A stretch of 64,000 nucleotides of DNA from Oikopleura dioica (lineage: Eukaryota > Animalia > Chordata). Positions 24,952-35,061 of the stretch are shown in pieces. The notes below the pieces were generated by a model. It saw only the letters and a list, made by a program, of their open reading frames with translations. It searched no databases and was not told the origin of the DNA. The stretch spans positions 1,736,001-1,800,000 of the forward strand of contig OU015566.1 of NCBI GenBank assembly GCA_907165135.1, written 5' to 3'. Position 1 is the stretch's first letter; each line of letters begins with the position of its first letter. A program made the translations under genes and the position numbers.

Positions 24952-27900
24952 ATGAGACACCTTCTGATTTTGCTTTTCGCTGCCGTCTGCGAGACGAAAA
25001 AGAGAAAACAGGAAGAGGAGTTTTTTCAGTGCAGGGCGAAGGAAAATTGTGGCGAGTGTATTCAGGCCTCGCCGAAATGCGCCTGGTGCGAAGGTAAGAG
25101 AGAATCTAGAGTAGGGTCGGACACAAAAAAATTTTTTGAAAGCCGCAAAAGGGAAATATATATGTATCGAAAGAGCAGAAGCTGGCGATTCGAATGATAT
25201 ATGTCTCGATGCCGTGAGAGTTGGGAATATTTTTTAAATAATTTTTAAAGATTCAAAAAAAACGTGATAATTATACGGGATTCAAGAATTTCAACTTTTG
25301 TTCTAGGCGTGCTATGATTACGATCGATAGCTTTTTTTGAAGCTCAGTAATCACTGAATTCATCGACGTGATATTTTTGGAACCAGCTGGTCATTCTGGT
25401 GGTTCGTCGCGGTTCAAACCTTTGGATGGATTGAGATCCGGCAATATGTATATCAAAATGCATATTTTTTGATAAGAAAAAGTTCCAACAGAATTTCAAA
25501 CAAAACCACTTCGTTGACCGACCGGTTCACAGCGGTTCAAAACGGTTCACGCTCCGAGTATTCAAAAAATATCGAAATATGTATATCAAAATGCTTCTCT
25601 AGTAAAAAGGAGTTTTTCAAATTGATTTTCGAACAGAACCACTTGGCAAACCGCCCGGTTTACAGTGGTTCAAAGCGGTTCACGGTCTGAATACTCACAA
25701 AATATTAAAACATGTATATCAAAATGCCTATCTACTCAAGAGGACTCTTTAAAACTTACTTTCGAACAGAACCACTTGGCTAACCGCCCGGTTCACAGCG
25801 GTTCAGAGCGGTTCACGGTCCGAATATTCACAGAATATTGAAAGATGTATATTAAAATGCTTTTCTACTCAAGAGGAGTCTTTTAAACTGATTTACGAAC
25901 CAAAGCACTTGGCTAACCGCCCGGTTCAGAGCGGTTCAGAGTGGTTCACGCTCTTAGTATTCACAAAATGCTGAAATATAAATATCAAAATGAATCTCTA
26001 AGTCTTTTTAACAGATATTCGAACCAAACTACTTGGCTAAATGACTGGTTCGTCGTGGTTCAAGACAGTTCATCTTCTATTTACATTCATAAAATTGAGT
26101 CTGCGACGGGGCGAAGCCGATCCGAAGGTGAGGCCAGTCTTGTTTATTCAATTGAGTCGGTGACGGGGCGAAGCCGACCCGAAGGGGAAGCCAGTCTCGT
26201 TTATTCAATTGAATCTGTGACGGGGCGAAGCCGACCCAAAGGGGAGGCCAGTCTCGTTTATTCAATTGATTCTGTGACGGGGCGAAGCTGACCCGAAGGG
26301 GAGGCCAGTCTTGTTTATTCAATTGAGTCAGTGACGGGGCGAAACCGACCAGAAGGGGAGGCCAGTCTCGTTCATTCAATTCAGTTTGCGACGGGGCGAA
26401 GCCGACCCGAAGGGGAGGCCAGTCTCGTTAATTCAATTGAGTCTGTGACGGGGCGAAGCCGACCTGAAGGGGAGGCCAGTCTCGTTCATTCAATTCAGTT
26501 TGCGACGAGGCGAAGCCGACCAGAAGGGGAGACCAGTCTCGTTCATTTAATTCAGTTTGCGACGGGGCGAAGCCGACCCGAAGGGGAGGTCAGTCTCGTT
26601 TATTCCATTCAGTTTGCGACGGGGCAAAGTCGACCCGAAGGGGAGGCCAGTCTCGTTTATTCAATTGAGTCAGTGACGAGGCGAAGCTGACCCGAAGGGG
26701 AGGCCAGTCTTGTTTATTCAATTGAGTCAGTGACGGGGCGAAACCGACCAGAAGGGGAGGCCAGTCTCGTTCATTCAATTCAGTTTGCGACGGGGCGAAG
26801 CCGACCCGAAGGGGAGGCCAGTCTCGTTAATTCAATTGAGTCTGTGACGGGGCGAAGCCGACCTGAAGGGGAGGCCAGTCTCGTTCATTCAATTCAGTTT
26901 GCGACGAGGCGAAGCCGACCAGAAGGAGACCAGTCTCGTTCATTTAATTCAGTTTGCGACGGGGCGAAGCCGACCCGAAGGGGAGGTCAGTCTCGTTTAT
27001 TCCATTCAGTTTGCGACGTGGCGAAGCCAATCCGAAGGGCAGGCCAGTCTCGTTTATTCGCAGACTTAATTGAATAAACTGGACTGGCCATTCGGATCGA
27101 CCTGGCCTCGTCCCAGACTGAATTGAATAAACGGAACTGGCCTCCCCTTCGGGTCGGCTTGGCCCCGTCCCAGACTGAATTGAATAAACGGAACCGGCCT
27201 CTACTTCGGGTCGGCTTGGCCCCGTCGCAAACTCAATTTAATAAACGAGACTGGCCTCCCCTTTGGGTCGGCTTTGCCCCGTCGCAAACTGAATTGAATA
27301 AACGAGACTGGCCTCCCCTTCGGGTCGGCTTCGCCCCGTCACATACTCAATTGAATAAACGAGACTGGCCTCCCCTTCGAGTCGGCTTCGCCCCGTCGCA
27401 GACTCAATTAAATAAACGAGACTTTTCTTCCCTACGGGTTAGGCTTATATTTCAGCATTTTGTTGATACTAAGAGCGTAAACCACTCTGAACCGCTGTGA
27501 ACCGGGCATTTAGCCAAGTGGTTTTGTTTGTTTATCATTTAAAAAGACTCCTATTGAGTAGAAAAGCATTATCATATACATTTTTCAATATTCTGTGAAT
27601 ATCTAGATCGTGAACCGCTCTGAACCGCTGTGAACCGGGCGGTAAGCCAAGTGGTTCGGTTCGAAAATGAGTTTTAAAGAGGCCTCATGAGTAGAGAGGC
27701 ATTTTGATATCCATATTTCAATATTTTGTGAGTATTCAGCCCGTGAACCGCTTTGAACCACTGTGAACCGGGCGGTTGGCCAAGTGGTTCTGTTCGAAAA
27801 TCAGTTTGAAAGACTCCTTTTTAGTAGAGAAGCATTTTGATATACATATTTCAATATTTTGTGAATACTCGGAGCGTGAATCGTTTGGAACCGCTGTGAA

Positions 27901-30900
27901 CCGAACGGTCAACGGAGTGGTTTTTTTGAAAATCTGTTGGAACTATTTCTTATAAAAAAATATGCATTTTGATATACATATTGCCGGATCTCAATCCATC
28001 CAAAGGTTTGGACCGCGACGAACCACCAGAATGACCAGCTGGTTCCAAAAATATCACCTCGATGAATTCAGCGATTACTTCGCTTCAAGAAAAGCTATTG
28101 ATCGTAATCATAGCACGCCTAGGACAAAAGTTCAAATTCTTGAATTCTCGTATCTTGTAGTTTCAGTCCACTTTGAGGCGCTAGAAAATCTCAGAGGATA
28201 CCCAGATTATTTATTTTTCCAGTTATGAGAAGAAAACGCTTTCAAAGCTCCAATAAAAGCCATTGACCATGTTTCTAGCACCTATAAACCAGAAAAAATT
28301 CTTGGAGATTCCTTTTAAAAACGTGAAATTTTCCATATTAGTCCTGTTCGGACATTAGAAAAAAATTTTTTAAAAAATATTCCCAATAGCTATGCATAAA
28401 ATTTTTAGTGAGGATAAAAGCCAAGTGTCTGTTACATATAAACACACATTATTGAGATTGCGGCTTTTAGATTTTTTGAGATAAGGCTGTTTTAATGTAG
28501 CTATTTAAAGAAAAAATATGTCACTTGAAAAGTAAAAGGCGTCGCAACTGTCCTTATTTTTCATTTCTACCTCTGAAATTTGTCTCGCATATATTTTGAA
28601 CCCTTTACTGCAAATAACAAAGAGAAAATAGTTCATCAGCATTCATTATATATTGAATTCGATTTTTTAAAGCTTTTTAACCAAAAAATAGCCATTTTTA
28701 GGGCTTTTTAGCCTCTCTAATCCCACGTTCACCACCAATGGTGCTAAATTTTTGTGGGTGGGGGTTTTTGACCATGCTGAATTCGGTACTGATGAGAAAA
28801 AAAGGATTTGAGAACTTTTTTTTTCTGTGTCCGACCCTAATCTAGAGCATTACACGGCAAAGAATTATTTGAGTAAAAGGAGCTAACAAATTATTTTTGG
28901 GAAATCGAGGCTTGAATCAAGACGTTAGATGAAGAAATTTTCTTTAAAAATTCGAATTTTGTATGAAAAAAAAATTACCTTTGCTACAATTTCCATGAAA
29001 AATTATGGTCATTTATACGAGTCAAATGATAAATATTCAAAAAAAATTTGCTTCACTCATCAATATTTTCCTTAGATCTTTCGATCCCAACTACCGATCG
29101 CTGCTTTGATGCTTCCTTCATCTCAAACTACCTCAACTGCTCCTCCCTCATCAACCCTCAAAGTCGAATCGAATCATCTCGAAATCGCCGATCAGCAGAT
29201 TCCGAATCCGACAAGCATGGAAAGCACAAGAAGCACAAGAAAAAATCGCCGAAGAAAAAGAAGAACAAAGGCAAATCGAACGCTGCCAAAGCTGGTTCTT
29301 TAGCTGGAAAAGCCGCGGCCGGGGCAACAGGAGCCGCAGGAGCTACAGTGCTGAGAAAACCGATCGTCAGTGATCGAGATTCGGCTCAAAACCCATTCAG
29401 TCCTTCTGCCATGAATCTCCAAATCCGCCCTTTTGACGAATTCGAATTTGAGTGGACTTTTGAGATGCCAGAATATCAACCTCTCGATCTTTACTTTCTC
29501 TTCGATTTATCCTACTCGATGGAGCCCGATGTCAAGAACTTGATCGCATATTCTGAGAAACTCTTCGAAAAGTTCGAAAATATTTACCCGGAAGGAAAGA
29601 GGGACTACTTCCACGTTGGCTTTGGCAGTTTTGTTGATAAACGACTGATGCCGGCTTCGAGTGAAAACGATGTTATCTTAGGTAAATAAACTACAGTTTT
29701 CCCTTGAAATTGAAACTCGTTTTTTTAAGAAAACCCCTGCGCTCTGGACCCATTGGATTCTCCTTCTGGAGGAAAGTGTGCAACAAACTTCGTGTTCGAA
29801 AACAACCTTCCTCTTGCTCAACGAGACGGTGCAGAATTCAGCAAGGATATCAAGCGAAACGTCAAGGTCAGTTCAAATATTGACTTTGAAGAAGCCGGAC
29901 TCGACGCGCTGATTCAAGCAGCTGTTTGCGACCAAGTCGGGTGGAGAAACACTGCGCAAAAGATGATTGTCTACATTTCCGATGCAGGATTCCACACTGC
30001 TGGGGAAGGAATCCTGAGCGGACTGCTTGATAGATACGAAGAAAAGTGCCAGCTTGAAAGCAACGTAGTCCGGGATGGAGACAAATACGACTACCCATCC
30101 GTCGGCCAAGCCGCGAAAATCCTCAATGATCGAAACATCATGTTGGCCTTGACCATTTCTGTCGATGAAGAAGATGATTCCGATATTTCCCACGTGGAAT
30201 CTTCGTACAATGACTTGGCGAGTCTCATCGGAAACTCTTTGGTGGAGAAGATGTCTAGCAGACAGAATGTGGATGAACTCGCGGATCAGATTTATAAAGC
30301 ATACAAGGAACTTTCAGAGAGGGCGTATGTCGACTTGAGTGAATTGCCGACCCCGGGTTATCCGTTCAATTGGAGAATCACGAAGACCGAACATTTTGAT
30401 AAAAATGGACGACCTGTGAGAAGAGACGATGAATGCACAACAGGTAGGAAAAACCATAAATCACATTTTTTTATGAAAATTGATGAATTTTTGAATATGG
30501 ATGAGTTCGAGATATTTTGATTGGCATAATCTTAAATCCAATTGTCGTAAGTGTAAGAGTATTATTTTATCAAATTATTTTTCTAGAATGCGAGCATGTT
30601 CTCCCTGGCCACTCCGTCCGCTACACCACCCTCGTCGAGCATGTCCCCGGCCTTGCAACTGGTTACGCAGTCAATGCCCCTGAAATCAGAATCGGTGTCG
30701 TTGAAGAGCGCCTCCAAGTGGACATGAGCTTGATCGAACACTGCAACTGCGAAAATAACGACGTGAACTCGGATCAGTGCGAGTCGAAGGACCTGGAATG
30801 CGGGATCTGCAACTGTGGCGAAGGGTACACAGATGATGAGTGTAGAGTTGATGGGGATAAACCGCCGTGTCAGAATGTTGGACATTGTGTCTGTGGAGTT

Positions 30901-32385
30901 TGCCACGTAAGATCATCCTTTCACACCAAGATCATTTGCAAGTGCTCTTTAAAAATCAATTTCACACAGTTTTGCAAGAACTATAAACTTTAGCCGGAAA
31001 AACTATTTTTATTGTTTTTTACAAACGTAAAACTTTTTCTAGTGTCCCGATAAATTTACTGGAGATTATTGCCAATGCAACCTTCAATCATTCTGCAATG
31101 CTGGAGACTGTGTCCATGGGGAGTGCCGGGAAACAGCTGATAGTACAATTGAAAGGTACAGAGAACCGGAATTTCTAAAGAAAATGCTTCAAATTAAGCT
31201 GCAAAATGGAATGTGTTTGCGAAGATGGCTGGCTAAAAGACTCTGTTGGTGCTTGTCGGTGTCCTCCAAATCCGGAAAGTTGTCTGTCAGTTGATGGTCA
31301 GAGCTGCGGAGGGGAGTTTCAGGGATCTTGCGATTGCAACACTGTGAGTTAAAGAATAGGTTTGAAAATCAACATGACTTAGTGCCGATGCAACAAAATT
31401 GCTGATTCGAACAACAACGTCCTCGGAAAATGGATGGATGACAAGAAATGCATCCCTTTCAAAGATGAATGTCAGGATTATTTGAAAAAATACATCACGT
31501 GCCGACTCGATTTTTGCGAATCAAAATCAGATGCCGGTATGTTTTTCTCTCGTTATCTCATCATCAGGGATTTTAAGAGGGTTGTTGGGAAGAATCAGCA
31601 AATGAATGTCACTTGGAAAAGAACCCGAGCTACAAAAATATCAACTTCGAGGGAAATACCGTCCAGAACTATGGAAAAATCGACATTCAGAATATTCAAC
31701 CTCAGACTTATGAAAAGGTAATCGACTCATATCTTCCAGTACTCATTTTCTTGAAGGCTCCAGGATGCACTATTCCAATCACGAAAATCGCCGAATGGGG
31801 AAGCGAAATCACCTGTTCAGCGAATTTCGGCATTGACATCCGAGAAGACAACACTCTTTCTCTCAAAGTGCATCTTTTCTCAAACGACAAGAAGTCTTTC
31901 GAGGAAAACTTGACAAAATGCAGCATGGACCCCAAAAAGTGGATGACGATTGCAGGCTGCAGTACTGCTGCTTTGTTGATCCTTCTTATTGCCAGTATGT
32001 TTGAACCTCTCTCTCTCTTTTATAAGTCAATTTTCTAGTCATTGCGATCTTGGCAAAGTGGTATTTGAACTATCAGTCCAAGAAAGAATGGATACAACAT
32101 GAGTCAAACGTCGAAAAATCAATGCACAATATGACGCAAAACGCCCTCTACACAAATCCAACATCAACTCACAATGCGACTGGTGACCAAAACTCTCTTG
32201 AAACTGTTAGTCCTCTCATGATATTCTCCTCTCAAATATTTTTTCAGGACAATTTGCTGGATAAAACGACTGGATCTCATGTTCTCCCAGAGACAGGAGC
32301 AAACAACAACAACGAAACTCAACTGGATGAAACTGTTCAAGCTGGTGCGGCTGGAGAATACTGGGGTCGAAATCGCCAGAAATAA
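24952..32385 (+). CDS. Divergent integrin beta subunit
   Basis: Signal peptide and PSI start (CRAKENCGECIQASPKCAWCE); beta-I MIDAS DLYFLFDLSYSM; EAGLDALIQAAVC...VGWR; Cys-rich EGF repeats; TM helix ending LAKW; exons 24952-25093, 29076-29681, 29730-30443, 30587-30906, 31043-31155, 31199-31343, 31383-31536, 31578-31717, 31757-31994, 32039-32205, 32248-32385. Confidence 0.9.
25112..28839. mobile_element. 3.7 kb non-autonomous hAT-type foldback element in integrin intron 1
   Basis: 8 bp target duplication ATCTAGAG (25104-25111, 28840-28847); 14 bp perfect TIR TAGGGTCGGACACA; long internal inverted arms; no transposase ORF. Confidence 0.85.
26085..27425. repeat. 60 bp minisatellite, ~16 copies forward then ~6 inverted, at the centre of the foldback element
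   Basis: Unit tgacggggcgaagccgacccgaaggggaggccagtctcgtttattcaattgagtc; orientation flips at ~27065. Confidence 0.9.
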
Positions 32386-32434
32386 TTCTTTATTTGTAAA
32401 TAAAATGAAGTTCACAGATTTTCTGATCAAAGAG

Positions 32435-33475
32435 TCACTTTCTCCAGTTCCAAAAAATGTTCCAATCGAAATCTGAGCCGCTTTCAGTTTCACTTGCAGC
32501 TTTGATAGCTTCAGTTGTTGTTAATTGTGGCGGAAATTCGGTCACTTCTTCGAACCCGTATTCATCATACTCGAAAATCAGCCCTGTTCTGAGATCGACA
32601 ATACTGTCACTGTAAGATCCGTCTCCTTGGCAATCGCTGATCATGGAGTCTCCCGAGCTTTCCGCGGGTTTCGTTGATCATCCGATATGTTACAAAAAGA
32701 AACTTTATAGAAACCCATCGCTAGAATACCACGCTCTTAAGGGGGTAGAACTAGGTTTTTCGAAAATAGCCGATTCTAGACCGGCGCTCAAAGCCAGGAG
32801 AGCTTAGATTTTCATATTCTCTCTTCGGCTGAAGATAGAACAAACTTAGATCTAACAACATTTTTCTTAAATTTTTTTTTCGTCAACACATTTTGGCGTG
32901 AGAGAGCGAAACTTCAACCCCCCTCTTCGAAACTTGCAATTTTAGCGTATTCGCGTCCTCAAATTTCCTGAATCACGTGACTAGCCAAAATTTTTAACTC
33001 TCATTTTAAGATAGTTAAACCATTTATCTAGCAACATTTTTGAGGAAATTGCGTAATCATAAGTAAAAACAGGTTTTTCTTATTAAAGGGTGCCTCCCGA
33101 AAATCACGATTTTTCGAAAAATCTAGTTCTACCCCCTTAAACAAGGAAGATTCGTGTTGCATTCTAGATATCGTCCTCTTTCATCTGTTACCCGCCTAAA
33201 AATGAATAAGTTCTAGTTCAAGCTTGAAAAAACCTGATCGGGAGGAGCTCGTCTCCAGTTATTTTGTCAATGCAGTAGCAAGTGCCATCAAAGCACTGCC
33301 GCGCGTTGTATTTCTTGTCATTCAATTTTTGGCACTTGATTTCTTTTCGCCATTTTTTCGCGCTTTTGCAATTTTTCGCCGGAATCGACAGCGGATTTGC
33401 GAAGAACGGGTTCTCTTTTTGATCAAAAATTATTCCACAGTTGATCAGACTAAAGAAAATTGAATAAAGGAGCAT
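32435..33475 (-). CDS. Secreted thyroglobulin type-1 repeat protein (~182 aa)
   Basis: Signal peptide MLLYSIFFSLINC; QCFDGTCYCIDKITG motif and a degenerate second repeat (SDCQGDGSY...VDLRTG); exons 33475-33234, 33195-33133, 32735-32715, 32657-32435 give one open frame. Confidence 0.7.
32741..33136. mobile_element. 396 bp MITE with TTAA duplication and GGGGG ends, coinciding with an intron
   Basis: TTAA at 32737-32740 and 33137-33140; ~26 bp TIR GGGGGTAGAACTAG(G/A)TTTTTCGAAAA with one mismatch. Confidence 0.9.
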
Positions 33476-33847
33476 TTCGAGTCAAAATCTTAAGAAAAAA
33501 AGGAAGACTGAAGATATTCTGAAGGCACAGTGATTTATCTCGCCTTGTAATTGGGCAATTACGAATAGCCACGTCCGAGTTTGAGATTTTTTTTTCACAT
33601 CTATCTCGTATTATCCCTTTGATCCCATAAATTATCCAATTCTGACGAGTTTTAGTCATTCTGGAGGACACAGTCTAATGTCGTTGTAGCAGCCAAGTGA
33701 GTCCCACGCAGGGTCGCTGTTTATTGACTGACAGGGTCACTTGACGGCTATAAAAATTTTCTTCCTCCGAGATAAATCCACTTCATTACTTTCACATTCA
33801 ACCTTTTTTTTCTGATTCAGGGAAAAGTTTCAAAGAAGGGAGAAAAA

Positions 33848-34498
33848 ATGGTCAGAGTAGAAACAGTTGAAGTCAATCGAAGCCCAGATTTGGTCAGGAA
33901 GATAAGCTACAGCTCAACTTTACCAGGTTCGATATTGATTGTTTTTAAAATTCTAGATTTTGATTTGCATTAGTCAGAGTTATAGTTAGAGTCAGAGTGG
34001 CATTGACATTGGTATATTCATCGACGAAAATAAAAAAAATAAAACCCTATTTTTCGAAGCAAAAATCACGATTATGGTTTCTCAAAATCTTTATTTCAGG
34101 CTACGATTATGCTATCAGTCCGGAAGCTCCTTATTGGCATACGAGAGTCGTCGGTGCGGAATGGATGCGAGTGGATTTTGACACTTGCTTGACTCTTACT
34201 GGACTAAAGGTACTGTAGCTAAACTGAATCAAAAATCATCTTTCTGAAGCTTCAAGCCTCGGGTCTCGAAGGCGCAAAATGCTGGGTGCAGTCTTTCTCC
34301 GTCCAAGTCGTCCGAGAAAATGGCGATGTCGAATTTATCAACGACTCGAAATCCTTCCGAGGAAATACGAATGCTCACTCGACGAATACAGTCACCTTCA
34401 ATCGGCCGCAAACTTGCAAGGGGCTTCTTATTCTCCCCGAAACTGCTAAAAACGATGTTATTTCCCTGAAACTCTGGCTTTCTTATCTCAAAGTCTAA
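33848..34498 (+). CDS. Stand-alone discoidin (F5/8 type C)-like domain protein (145 aa)
   Basis: Exons 33848-33926, 34100-34209, 34250-34498; EWMRVDF, WVQSFSV, FRGNTN pattern; no signal peptide. Confidence 0.7.
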
Positions 34499-34530
34499 AA
34501 ATAAAAACTCTAAAAAAGGGTATATTTTGC

Positions 34531-34837
34531 CTAAATAATAATACAGTTAGGACAGGGTCCGACTATTCGGTCGACGTCTTGATTGTCGAGATCGAAAATC
34601 GCATCCTCGATTTTCTTCGAGTCGACTTTTTCGACCACAGGAGTGTCTTGCTTGTCCGGTTCTTCTGTCTTCACTTCTTGATTCTTTTTTATGCTCCGCC
34701 TAGAACTATTTTTCGCCTTCAAAATTTAGTTTCTCTTGCTACCTTTTCTTTCGGGAGGATCTCTTCCTCTTCAACCTTGGTTCTTCCGTCTGCTGAGCGG
34801 TCTCTTGGTCGTTTTGGATAACTTCTTCTTCATTCAT
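34531..34837 (-). CDS. 87 aa charged micro-protein ending in a CaaX box (CIII)
   Basis: Exons 34837-34743 and 34699-34531 joined by a 43 nt GT-AG intron; KRKRSSRKKRR basic cluster. Confidence 0.6.
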
Positions 34838-35061
34838 TATGTCAAATTATATAATTTTAATGATTGATTCTCTAAAGATAATTTTGCATTTGGAAAATTA
34901 TTTTGATTAGCTTCCGGTCTGTCTATTTATTTTTCGATTTTGCTTTGCAATCACTTCATAAAATCAATTTTTCTTTACTAAAGTGAGTTTTCGTTTTTTA
35001 TTTGATAAAAAATTTTGACGGTAGAGAGTCAGAATTCATCGAATCCGGTCAAAGTCAGGTT

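Noticed and set aside
25941-27500. ORFs of 20 aa repeats (GRSRPEGEASLVYSIESVT and reverse frames)
   Set aside because: By-product of a 60 bp minisatellite inside a transposon; open on both strands, with no splice links
25114-28837. Reading the foldback element as TA-flanked with GGG ends
   Set aside because: The exact 8 bp ATCTAGAG duplication fits better, so TA belongs to the TIR
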